Shown piece after piece: positions 47,044 through 56,826 of a stretch of 64,000 nucleotides of DNA. The stretch is from Candidatus Latescibacterota bacterium. Lineage in GTDB: Bacteria > Latescibacterota > UBA2968. A program made the translations under genes and the position numbers. Position 1 is the first letter of the stretch; each line of letters begins with the position of its first letter. The stretch is from assembly GCA_965205975.1 (NCBI GenBank), contig OZ242195.1:4224001-4288000 (forward strand), given 5' to 3'. Under the pieces are notes generated by a model. That model was not told where the DNA came from and did no database searches. It was given only the letters and a program-made list of their open reading frames with translations.

Positions 47044-47817
47044 TCAATCAACCAAAGGTCGGAAATCCTCACTCTCCATCGGTTCATATCCGTCCCAGTG
47101 ACCACGCATTTCAATCAAAACGCGCTGTGTCATCGGAGACGGTGGCGGATTGATCTTCACCACATGCGCCGTGTACGAACTGCTGCCGCAGTTGTACACC
47201 GCTCCACCGGGCGATTCGGCCATTGCCCTCGCCATTTCGGAAACGATATAACGCGGGGTCCAGCCAATCATGTGGTAGTCCGTTGTCTGGAGTTGCACGG
47301 CCAGACCCGTCACTGGATTGGTCAGTTCCAGTGTTACATAAAGTTCTTCTCCCGGCTTCAGCGTATTCAGTCGTTCTTGCGCGGAGAGGCTTGTGTGTCG
47401 CCATCCATGCAGAAAAAACCGGCAGACAAAACTTCCATCTTCTGCTTTCACCAGTTTTGGAAAGACCTCGTAATCGTCGGTTACTCGATATCCGCCGCTT
47501 ATCGATAGCATCTCGAAAGGGGCGGCATTCTCTTGAAGGCCGAGGTTTCCCAGATAGTCCGCACGGTCTGGTCTTCCCTGTGCAATGACTCGATTCCTGA
47601 ATAGCGGAAATAGTTCCAAAGATTTGTAATCTTCCAATAGCTGCGGAAAATCCCACAACGGCGGGAACTTCACTTCTTTTTGTGCCCGCTTCGCCCCTTC
47701 AATATAACGAAAACGATAGAACGGGCGTTCTACATCTGCATCCAACCTGCCAATTGGGAACCACTGGTGGGTCTGTTCCTGGTCTTCCCAGGCCAGAAAC
47801 AGGGTTCGCGTATTCAT
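47044..47817 (-). CDS. HipS-like/HIRAN domain protein
   Basis: LFLAW..PIGRL..FRY, LFPLFRNRV, FFLHGWRH, IGWTPRY; ATGA overlap with the kinase. Confidence 0.8.
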   Translation of the reverse strand: MNTRTLFLAWEDQEQTHQWFPIGRLDADVERPFYRFRYIEGAKRAQKEVKFPPLWDFPQLLEDYKSLELFPLFRNRVIAQGRPDRADYLGNLGLQENAAPFEMLSISGGYRVTDDYEVFPKLVKAEDGSFVCRFFLHGWRHTSLSAQERLNTLKPGEELYVTLELTNPVTGLAVQLQTTDYHMIGWTPRYIVSEMARAMAESPGGAVYNCGSSSYTAHVVKINPPPSPMTQRVLIEMRGHWDGYEPMESEDFRPLVD

Positions 47818-48704
47818 TGAATCATTCCTTCCAACTGTTCAAAGTTATAACACATCAGGGCAATCGCAAACGTACGGGCTTCAGGAGACATCCAGTTATC
47901 AGGCACGCGGTTGACAATCGTGCTTATGGAATCTTCATCCAATTTTTGGAGTTTCGCCAGTGCAGAATGGAAAAGGTCTGGATAGGTGGGGGCCGCACGT
48001 CGTACTAATTCCAGCGGACTGGGGCCATGTCGCTCGTCCTCCGACCAGTAAATTGCACCGCGTCCTCTTTCAGCATAGTCTCCTATGCGATTTTCGGTCA
48101 TCAGTCTGTCGCGGCGTTCATCCCGAAGTTCCCGGCCCAGCGAAGATGCGTGGTCATAAGACGGTGCTACGAAATCCCTCCCTTCGTCACCTGTCCGCCG
48201 CCGAAGTATGCCCCAGTTCTCGTGATGGCGATCTGTGTTGCCAATCAATGCGTCCAGAACCGTGTATTCAGCAATGATGGGCTTCGCTTGTTTCGCAGAT
48301 TCAGGATCGAAAAAAATAACGTCCATTACTTTCCATATATTCGCCAAAGTATGACTTGACTGACGAAATTTTTGGTTGGGATTGTAACCGTCAAGAGCTA
48401 CTTCCAACATTTGGTTGCCGTGGTGTAGAACCCTGCCCCCACGGGCAAACGATTCTGTCACCGAGCCGCGCTCACCTTGAAACTCCGCCAGTTCTACCTT
48501 CGCATGTGTAATTCCTATCAAAGAAGCAATCTCAGAGGCTATTTTCTCTGCCCAGTGTTCTCCCGTATTTGGTCGAGGGTACTTGAAGAGCCAGTTTGTA
48601 TTGTCATCAGGCTTGCCATACCAGAACTTCGTTTTACCCCCCATTTCCTCGGGGTTAATCACCCATTCCGGTTTTACTGTAACAATTGGATATGCGTCAG
48701 ACAT
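47814..48704 (-). CDS. HipA-like (CtkA-type) Ser/Thr kinase
   Basis: GGKTKFW, LFK, EHWAE, DALIGNTDRHHENWG, APSYDHASSL. Confidence 0.85.
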   Translation of the reverse strand: MSDAYPIVTVKPEWVINPEEMGGKTKFWYGKPDDNTNWLFKYPRPNTGEHWAEKIASEIASLIGITHAKVELAEFQGERGSVTESFARGGRVLHHGNQMLEVALDGYNPNQKFRQSSHTLANIWKVMDVIFFDPESAKQAKPIIAEYTVLDALIGNTDRHHENWGILRRRTGDEGRDFVAPSYDHASSLGRELRDERRDRLMTENRIGDYAERGRGAIYWSEDERHGPSPLELVRRAAPTYPDLFHSALAKLQKLDEDSISTIVNRVPDNWMSPEARTFAIALMCYNFEQLEGMIQ

Positions 48705-48755
48705 GCGTCAGTTCCGAATATATTCTTTCAAATCAGAATGAATCCGATATGAACA

Positions 48756-48965
48756 TTATACCTGTGTGTACCGGTATCTCCCCTTAATCTCTTGGTTCAG
48801 ATATTGTCCGTGAGAGACAGCATTCATTAAACCACGATGCACTTGACCCGGCACGCCAAAGTATTGATAAACACTGCCGCTTCTAAATAGGATCTCCAAG
48901 GTTTGTGAACTTTCATTATAGCCGATTTCGGCTATGTTGCTTGAAATGACAGGTACGCGTCTCAT
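48756..48965 (-). CDS. KTSC domain protein
   Basis: VISSNIAEIGY..LEILF..GSVYQY..VP..SHGQYLN. Confidence 0.88.
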   Translation of the reverse strand: MRRVPVISSNIAEIGYNESSQTLEILFRSGSVYQYFGVPGQVHRGLMNAVSHGQYLNQEIKGRYRYTQV

Positions 48966-49007
48966 TGTGTAACTCCTAACCGAGCTTGGTCATATTAGAT
49001 AGGTTTT

Positions 49008-50951
49008 TTAGGCTTGCAATGTCCTCGCAAAATCAAGGATCGCTGTACAAAGTTGCTGTAATGTCTGAGAAGCGATCTCTTTTTTCCGAGCACTGTTTAG
49101 CCATTCTGAAATAAAAAATTCATTCTTTTCAAGGCCGCCTTCATGTGCATAATGCACACGGGCAGATTCTACCGCTTGATTGTAATAATTCCCAAATTCT
49201 GCCTTTACGACGGATCCAATATTCGTTTTCCATATCGCGTGATTTTTTTTAATAATGTTCTCAGAGGGAAAAGGTGCGTAATCCACATCCAATAGTGAAA
49301 TGAGTGCTTGATTTTCACGTTTATGTTTGGTTCGATGGTCTTGCCTTTTAGTGTCGCCATCTGCATCAAAGACAGTGAACACTGGCAACCCAAGCTCCTT
49401 TGCGATTGCCAATGGTTTAATCAAGTTACTCTTACCATTCACTGGTATCAAGTGACAACCAAGGCGACGATACTCAGACCATTGGTTGGAAAGGTGTAAC
49501 TCAGATGTGATATAGGCTACATCCTCTTGTCCTTCTACTAATACGGGGACTTGCACAAAAAACATCTCGGCAATATTAGGCTGGAGTGCTTGATGTATTT
49601 TTGCAACCAATCCTTCAAGACGGAGTTCCCTATCTTGGCTAGAAACGGTGCGAATCCTATCGCACAAACTCTTGTAGGTGAGAGATTTCACTTTAGAGCC
49701 TGTATTATTTTGGGGGGCACGCACTAACTGTGTATTCTCGAAACCATCACCGCTGACAAACAAAGGAGAGTGCGTCGTTACCAATACCTGATTATTCCCC
49801 TTCGCCATTTGACCAAATATGTCGGCCAGATGGCGTGCTTGTGGCGGATGCTGATATAGTTCTGGTTCTTCCACACCGAGAAGCAGAGTTGGGGCATTGG
49901 GAAATTCGGAAGCTGCCAGTTCTTGGAGTAATGCAAGCAAGTAAGATCTTTGCAGACCATGTCCCATTCTCGCCAAATTACCTAAAAAATCACCTTCACC
50001 AGTTTTGATACCAGCAATCGGTTCTTCCAGTTTGACTGACTTCGCAGGATCAGAAGACCATTCCATATCTAAGCGAACAGCCCCATGCGCCCAAGACTCA
50101 AAGCGCTGTTGGAGAGACTGTGATAACTCGGATAATGCTGTTTTATTGTTTTCAAGAATTTCTTGATATTTCTCTTCAGTAGATGACTTAAGATCATCTA
50201 ACTCTTCAGCAAAATTCGTTCGTGATCGAACAGTTCTGGCAATCAATTTGCCAAATACTGTGTCTCTTCCTTCTCGGCCTTCCTCAGTAGCGTCCTTAAC
50301 TGCGGGCACATAAATCCACTGTATGAACTTGGCTAATTTCCCAGTGCTGTTCACACCATAAAAATTATCTTCACTGGGAATAAGTGAGCATTTATCAGGA
50401 TGTGCTGATTCATACTCGCGAAGAGCTGCAGCTTTATCGCCCTTTGATCGTGGAGGCGTCGGAAGATCATTGAAAGTAGTACGTAACGCTTTATAGATAT
50501 CGGTGAGTTCCGTAGCGCTTTTCTTGGCTTTATCGGCGTCAAAGAATTGCCGAAATTCCTGCATACCCAATCGTTGTCCGAAGTATTTCACTTGTCCGAA
50601 TCCGGCCATTTCATCAAATACCGCCTTGGCAGTAACGACAAGTTCTCCCTGTCTCACGTAATCAGAAAGTTCTGCCTCTGCCTCCGCACTGAAGTTCTCA
50701 AATGTAAGAGTAATCTTTACTGGATTTTCGGTTCTCTTCTTAAAATAGTCCTCAGCGTCGAGTTTGCTCACATCGGTAAGCGAATAGCTACTCTCCTTAA
50801 AGAAGACGTTCAGAGCTGCCAACACAGTTGATTTACCCGCACCATTGGGTCCAACCAAGCAGGAGTAGCTGTTAAGATTGATGGTTTCGTCCTGAAAATT
50901 TCTGAAATTTTCTATTCTAATTTTCTTGATTTTCAAGTGTGAGATCTCCAT
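49008..50951 (-). CDS. OLD-family ATP-dependent nuclease (ABC ATPase + TOPRIM)
   Basis: GPNGAGKS, MGHGLQR, VEEPELYQHP, TTHSP, VLVEGQED, FDAD; start may be TTG at 50936. Confidence 0.88.
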   Translation of the reverse strand: MEISHLKIKKIRIENFRNFQDETINLNSYSCLVGPNGAGKSTVLAALNVFFKESSYSLTDVSKLDAEDYFKKRTENPVKITLTFENFSAEAEAELSDYVRQGELVVTAKAVFDEMAGFGQVKYFGQRLGMQEFRQFFDADKAKKSATELTDIYKALRTTFNDLPTPPRSKGDKAAALREYESAHPDKCSLIPSEDNFYGVNSTGKLAKFIQWIYVPAVKDATEEGREGRDTVFGKLIARTVRSRTNFAEELDDLKSSTEEKYQEILENNKTALSELSQSLQQRFESWAHGAVRLDMEWSSDPAKSVKLEEPIAGIKTGEGDFLGNLARMGHGLQRSYLLALLQELAASEFPNAPTLLLGVEEPELYQHPPQARHLADIFGQMAKGNNQVLVTTHSPLFVSGDGFENTQLVRAPQNNTGSKVKSLTYKSLCDRIRTVSSQDRELRLEGLVAKIHQALQPNIAEMFFVQVPVLVEGQEDVAYITSELHLSNQWSEYRRLGCHLIPVNGKSNLIKPLAIAKELGLPVFTVFDADGDTKRQDHRTKHKRENQALISLLDVDYAPFPSENIIKKNHAIWKTNIGSVVKAEFGNYYNQAVESARVHYAHEGGLEKNEFFISEWLNSARKKEIASQTLQQLCTAILDFARTLQA

Positions 50952-52128
50952 TCATTAACCGCGGCAATAAAATGTCACGAGCTTGGGTTAGTTTGCGGAT
51001 TTCGGTAGAAAGTATGTCAATTTGTCGAAGGATCGGCGATATAATGCCTGTAAACTTGTCGATTAACTTGGTATCAGGCACAACGAAGGGGATTAGCTTA
51101 AAAGTGTTGCGGATAATCGCATCAAAGATCGCTCCAACTGCTCGACTGCGAAATTGTTCAACGTTTTCTACCATGGCGAAGTAAAGAAATAGTTGATTCA
51201 GTGGTGGCTTGGCTACCAGAGCATAACAGGACTGATTCATCGCCATGTCAGTTTGGGCAAGGTTAATTTTACCGACTGTTCCTCGTGCGGTGATGAAAAC
51301 AGTGTCTTTTGGATATAGCTTACTGCTACAATTACGCAATCCTTCTTCTGTAAGCGTTCGTTCTGTATTAAAAATGTATGCGTAATCTGTGGTGTCCTTT
51401 GACGTGAAGAACGGAATCTCACCATTCCAATAATCGGGCACACTCGTCTTAGGTGTCCCTCCGCTCAGGACATCCATTACGTCAAGGGCATTTTTCTTTT
51501 CCCACCCCTCTGGCACGCCATCGGTTATGGTGACGTGTTCATGGCCAGGGAAGCGGAGGTGGACGAACCATTCCTTGTAGAATAGCTGAGCCGACTGTTC
51601 CAGCAATTGAATCCGCCGCCGGTTGTTTTCGATCAGGTCGTCGTACGCGGAGAGGGTCGAGGCGATACGTTTCTGCACAGCCAAGCTATTAGGAACCCTT
51701 ACCTTGACTTTCTCAAAATCCCTTTTATTAATGATTGGCGTGGCCACACCGCTACACATTCCTTGGATGCGACGTGCGTCATTGCGCAAGAGATAGTAAA
51801 CGAATCGCCAATCATGTGAATTGTTGACGATAATCGAATTGATTTGCTGATTTGTTAGCGATTCAGTGGATGTAACACCAATTTTTCCGACTGAAGCAAT
51901 ACAGGTAAAGGTAATGGCATTCGCAGGCAGAAATTGATTTGCAAATTTCAATTTGGCTTCATTGCTAACAGTAGTCGTCGTAGCAATTACTCGAAAGCTG
52001 TCATACTCCAAGTCAGAGGGCGTGATGAATGGATATTCGCCGCCAAAATACTGTCGCTGCTTAGTTGGTGGAGTTTTGCCAGTGATTACCTGACCCAAAT
52101 CACCAATTCGAAGAGTGGACCAACTCAT
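50917..52128 (-). CDS. hsdS: Type I R-M specificity subunit
   Basis: Two TRDs (TGKTP, SGGTP), QKRIA..LSAYDDLIENNRRRI, RDILLPRLM. Confidence 0.93.
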   Translation of the reverse strand: MSWSTLRIGDLGQVITGKTPPTKQRQYFGGEYPFITPSDLEYDSFRVIATTTTVSNEAKLKFANQFLPANAITFTCIASVGKIGVTSTESLTNQQINSIIVNNSHDWRFVYYLLRNDARRIQGMCSGVATPIINKRDFEKVKVRVPNSLAVQKRIASTLSAYDDLIENNRRRIQLLEQSAQLFYKEWFVHLRFPGHEHVTITDGVPEGWEKKNALDVMDVLSGGTPKTSVPDYWNGEIPFFTSKDTTDYAYIFNTERTLTEEGLRNCSSKLYPKDTVFITARGTVGKINLAQTDMAMNQSCYALVAKPPLNQLFLYFAMVENVEQFRSRAVGAIFDAIIRNTFKLIPFVVPDTKLIDKFTGIISPILRQIDILSTEIRKLTQARDILLPRLMNGDLTLENQEN

Positions 52129-52369
52129 ACCCTTGACTCCTCTAGTGAACTGTCAAGGAAACCCTCAAAATAGGCTCCATTATCAATATGAAACCAATTT
52201 ACATTTAGTGCAAATTTGATGGAATGCTTGGCCCCGCCAATATCATCATATTCCAGTAGGCATTCCAGTGGTGGAATTTTTGAGATATTCTGTTCGGTTT
52301 TCTCGACCTTGAAGGCAAAGTATACAAGAGAGAAAACCAGTTCTATATACAATTGAGGGATAATTAATT

Positions 52370-54527
52370 GAGGGGTGTGCATAATTCCAGCCCATACAGC
52401 TTTGATGTGTGCAATGGCTCTGATAGGCAATCCCCAAACGCTATTCATAATCATGGCCAATTGGAGTGTAAAGACAGCCAGTGCGAGATATGTGCGCACG
52501 TTGTCTAAGGATTGGGTAGCGATCTGTTTGTGATTATCTGTGGTATCAATCAGTTTGGCAATCAGATCAAAGATGGGTTCAATGGTTGTTTTTCGCAATC
52601 TCATAAGATCTTGATTTTCAGTATTTTGTACGTGATGTGTGACTTTAAATAGACAAAAAGAGGTTCCTCGGCTATCTTGGATTGTCCGTAAAACAAGAAG
52701 CCATGCAACGAAAGGAACCTCCAATGTATAATTTAGCCCTTTTTGTCATTACAATCTACTGTTTTATTGAAGACGACCTCTATCCAGCGTATTGTGAGGT
52801 GCATGGCAAGCCGCGTCGGGCAGGCTTTGAACCCGGTTTAAGTGATGTGGAATGCCTCACCATAGAAATCGTGGGTCACTTTTTGGGGTATTCAAGCCAG
52901 AAGAAACTTTATGAGCAGATGAAAGAACACTTTATAGACTGGTTTCCCACTTTGAAAGATCGTCCGGCCTTTGTGCGTCAATGTGCCAATTTGTGGGTTG
53001 TCAAGATGTGGATGCAACAGCGGATTGTGGCCTGCCTCGAAGGGCATCAGGCGTCCTGTCAGATCATAGACACCTTGCCCTTACCCATCTGTAAACTGGC
53101 AAGGCGACATACGCGCAAGATTTTTAGAGGTGAGCCCGTCTTTGAGTTCCCTATCCCTTCAAAAGGCTTTTGCGCAGCCAAAAACGAAGCGTATTTTGGT
53201 TTTAAGGGCGGTCTGAGGATCACGGATTATGGCCTTATCCTCCACGCGCCTATCCTGCAAGCCTATGGACACGACAAGCAGTGCCGAGACGCACTCATAG
53301 AAGGCACGATGGGAGATACAACCGTCTTAGCCGATTCAGCATTTATGGATTTGGACTGGCAAAAAAGGTGCTTTGATACCTACCGCATACGCATAAAGAC
53401 ACCCTTAAAGTCCAATATGAAAGACAATCCACAACGCACCCCTTTCATTTTGCCCAAAGCCAAGAGAACCACAAGGCGATTAGTCGAAACCGTTTACGCA
53501 CAATTGACTGAACGTTTGCATATTGCGCGCATGAAAGTGCGAGATGCTTGGCATCTATTAAACTTGTGGCATACCAAAATCTTAACCCATACCATGTGTG
53601 TCTTTCTAAATATCATCAATTACAGAGACCCGCTGGATTTTGACGGCCTCGTAACATTTTGAAGTCACACATCGCGTTATTTTGTATAAAGTTGTGATAA
53701 TTTTCGGCATAGCGTCCTTTAACCCATTTGATAGCCGGTGTGAGTAAGACGACCCCCGTTTTTGCCCACCTTCTGATCCGCATGGCTTGTGTATAGGCAT
53801 TATCAGCCACGATGCTGTAGGGGTCTAAATGCTTGAAGATATAGGCTTCTTTATCGTTCAAAATTTGGCTTTCAGACACCGATGCGGTTTCAACCTTTAC
53901 CAGTCTTGGAAACCCGTTTTCTGTGCAGGTGACATGCAAGCCATATCCATAGACAAAACCGTGATAGGCACTCTTACTCCAGGTGGCGTCACGGTCAAGG
54001 TTGCGCAGTTTGTCGGGGATGTGACCTGCTTTGCGATCCTTCTGATGCCAGACAGGGCCTCTCGCTTTGAAGAGACTTTTATCTTCAAAAAGTTCTTTGC
54101 TCCTAAAGTTGGGTTCTAAATCCTGTGCAAAACTGCCCACAAAAGCAATGAAATCCTCAAGCGTATCATACAGTGCCTTATATCGCCTTGAGATCGTTGA
54201 GCGATGGGGTAATCGCTTAAAGTTCAGACGCTTACGAGCTTCAGGATGATTTTTGAGCCACCGATGTTGGGCAGTAGATCCTGTGATATGGCGCATCTGC
54301 ATCCATAGGAAGAAGATCAAGAAGGACTTATCCTTGAAATCGAAGGGATGCCCCGGTTTTGGCGTGGTGGTTTGGGCTTGTGTAAACTTGTCAAAGAGCG
54401 TATCTATCAGTTCGACATAGTCGGTGAAACTTGGTTTTGCCATCTGTCGCCTCCTTGTGAAATAGGGTTATTTCTACAAGTGGCGACTTTTTACCGACTA
54501 TGTCAATTATATTTATGCACACCCCTC
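52370..54527 (-). mobile_element. Outer IS (IS5/IS4-like DDE transposase, about 1102 bp), interrupted
   Basis: TIR GAGGGGTGTGCATAA/TTATGCACACCCCTC; TSD AATTAATT (52362-69, 54528-35); transposase from 54443 with DRDATW..GYGLH, VADNAY, IEPIF. Confidence 0.9.
52630..53677 (+). mobile_element. Inner IS982-family element (transposase 52724..53662)
   Basis: TIR ACGTGATGTGTGACTTTAAA/TTTGAAGTCACACATCGCGT; TSD TATTTTGT (52622-29, 53678-85); LSDVE, IIDTLPLP, ADSAF, RRLVETV. Confidence 0.9.
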
Positions 54528-55059
54528 AATTAATTCGGTAGCTGTTTGATCAGTAGATGCAGGGAGAATGAAATCGATAGCTGATTCCTTCTGTGCAGTC
54601 CAATTTTCAGCCTTTTTCAAGATAGGTGATGATTCGTCCGATTCTACGGACAACCATTCATTACTCCATTCAAAATGTACCGATGTCAGTGATTTCTGTG
54701 CAAGACGATTGACTAGGGAAACAAGTTTATCGATAGGAAAATTCCAGTAAATTTTTACTTTTTTTGCTGATCCGAACCCCACATTCCACAAAGGAACGAA
54801 AAAGGATTTTGAAGCGTAGGGAGAGCGTGCATTATCAGCATTTGGAATAATCCAATTAAACGACAATGCTTTCTCTGCCACTTCTTGAGACTTAAAATTT
54901 GTTCGGGCAATAATGAGTTCCGGCCTATAAGATTCAGCTATTTGTTTGGAAAGCTTTCGTACCGTGAGAAGGGCTGCAATAGCCGATAGACATGCCGCCA
55001 CACCGGTAACGAGCAGGATTATTTGGTCAATGGACATTTAACCTCCAGTAGAATAATCA

Positions 55060-55270
55060 CTATCATGAACGCAATGAACTGTGTGCTCTCGCCATCTGCC
55101 GGAACTCTGGCTAATGGCTTTATAGTAGTCACCTTGTTGGAATGAACCAGACTTTTTAAGGATATGTGGCAATGCGACAGTCCTATTCCATGAGTTCAGC
55201 GGCGGTTTTTGGACCTGTCCGCAGGGCGGCGAGTAGTCGTGCTATCTGGTCGCTTACTTAGTCGCTAAAC
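55060..55270 (-). pseudogene. Scrambled Fic gene remnants
   Basis: SD*VSDQIARLLAALRTGPKTAAELME..GLSH followed by DYYKAISQS/ADGESTQFIAFM, which matches the end of the Fic at 62903. Confidence 0.6.
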
Positions 55271-55364
55271 TCTAATTTTTCAGAGCTCATTTCTCCCAAC
55301 CCCGATCCTATTCAGTCCGAAGCTTTCGTTGAAATGCCACCGGGTCATCAATGTCTCAAGTTGC

Positions 55365-55826
55365 TCATTTCACCAAACGCAGATCGTATTCAAATTGCTC
55401 AGGTCCTCCTATCTTTATTTTTTCAAAATCAGGATGAAGAGGATTGATCAAATAATTTGTCTCTACAGGTACAATAACGCTGGGGATGGCAAGGATCACT
55501 GAATCACCACTATTGAACCAGGCTGTCCCTATATTTCGCGTTGAATCAGGCGCTGGACAATCAGTCCAGTCTGTTGGTAAATCTGATGGTTCCAAACGAA
55601 GACACAGACGGTCATCAAATTCTATGGCAATGCTTGCGTAAGTCCTCAAAATTTGGGTAGATTCCAGATGAACGAGCAATTCCAGTGCTGCTAACGAAAG
55701 GGAGCTGGCTGCATATACTATGGGTATGCCCTTGTGATTCCAGCGTCCGCCGTATCGCCGTGACCCTTCACCCGTAAAAGCTGAAGTTATGCGATGTGCC
55801 TGCACAATCCGCCAGGCTGTCAGCAT
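55365..55826 (-). CDS. RES-domain toxin (NAD+ phosphorylase-type)
   Basis: GGRWN, YAASSLSLAALE, PSVIVP..NYLINP. Confidence 0.9.
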   Translation of the reverse strand: MLTAWRIVQAHRITSAFTGEGSRRYGGRWNHKGIPIVYAASSLSLAALELLVHLESTQILRTYASIAIEFDDRLCLRLEPSDLPTDWTDCPAPDSTRNIGTAWFNSGDSVILAIPSVIVPVETNYLINPLHPDFEKIKIGGPEQFEYDLRLVK

Positions 55827-56320
55827 CATGAAAATACCCCGTACTCAATTCGTCCCAGAAGATCTTCAACTTCTCGAGCCCCTGGTTCTGTATCTGCATA
55901 ATCCAGTGGAGAAACGTTGCCAAGAGCAGTTAATGGCGTTACAAACCATTGACGAGCAACTTCCTGTCCCCCCAGGACCTCTACAGCCCGATCATACAGC
56001 AGACCAATACGCAGCAGGCGTTCCGATTCATCGATATGCAAGCGTCCTTCTTTTTTTCGATGTGTCAGTGTATGTACCGCAATTTTAGTTACAGTAGCCA
56101 GAGCTTGTTCAGAAATGCCCATAGCATTTTTTAATGCGTCAAATGTCGCTACTGGCAATCCTTCTTTTATTGCTGCAATCATTTCAGATCGGTTTTGAAA
56201 ACGCCATCCCGCCGATGTCACATAAGTAGTCGTCTGCCCTTCTGCGATAACCGAAGCACCATCTGCTCTTCGAAATCCCGTTGATGTCCATCTCCAGACT
56301 TTCAATTGTTGCGTTTTCAT
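55826..56320 (-). CDS. Xre/MbcA/ParS antitoxin
   Basis: ESERLLRI, ARQWF..PLTALG..PLD, LLGRIEYGVFS. Confidence 0.88.
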   Translation of the reverse strand: MKTQQLKVWRWTSTGFRRADGASVIAEGQTTTYVTSAGWRFQNRSEMIAAIKEGLPVATFDALKNAMGISEQALATVTKIAVHTLTHRKKEGRLHIDESERLLRIGLLYDRAVEVLGGQEVARQWFVTPLTALGNVSPLDYADTEPGAREVEDLLGRIEYGVFS

Positions 56321-56329
56321 ATATCCTCC

Positions 56330-56466
56330 TTTTTCCACGAGGCAACAATTCTGCCAGACGATCATTGAAGCACAGAATGAAACTGTTGGTATCTATCACA
56401 AACCGTTCAGAGTTCATTTCTCCCAAACCCGTCCCATTCATCTCGATGATTTCGTTGAAATGCCAC
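56330..56466 (-). pseudogene. vapBC junction remnant
   Basis: VAFQRNHRDEW (antitoxin C-terminus) then MNSERFVIDTNSFIL (PIN N-terminus). Confidence 0.55.
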
Positions 56467-56826
56467 TATACAATAAATGTAGCTAATCATGCGAAATCGT
56501 GCCACCTTTGCCTATATGGGCAGATATACTCTATCTCATTTGAGCGTTTTACATCGCGGCGAAAAAATGGGCAAGCAGCACATATCTTTCACATGACCGC
56601 CCATTCATCGCTCAAAATATACAGAGATTGTTCTGCGCCAAACACGCAATCCACAAATTCAAGTTGTGAATAAAGGGGTAATACAGCATATTGAAAACAA
56701 AATAAGGGTATTTGGGGCTGTCCATACCATTTGTCGCATGATCCTGTGACATTGGCCTGATGTTTGCTGGGATTCTGACTGTTCGTGTTCTAAAAAGACG
56801 CCAACCTCAGATCCAGGGCATCGCTT

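Larger units (their letters stand above)
52125..55037 (-). pseudogene. Membrane-anchored hypothetical gene split by a nested IS
   Basis: 55037-54528 and 52361-52125 rejoin in frame (..TATELI|IPQLYIE..) when the IS and one TSD are removed. Confidence 0.8.

Noticed and set aside
49008..50951. Gabija or retron system
   Set aside because: No UvrD-like GajB and no RT or msr-msd nearby
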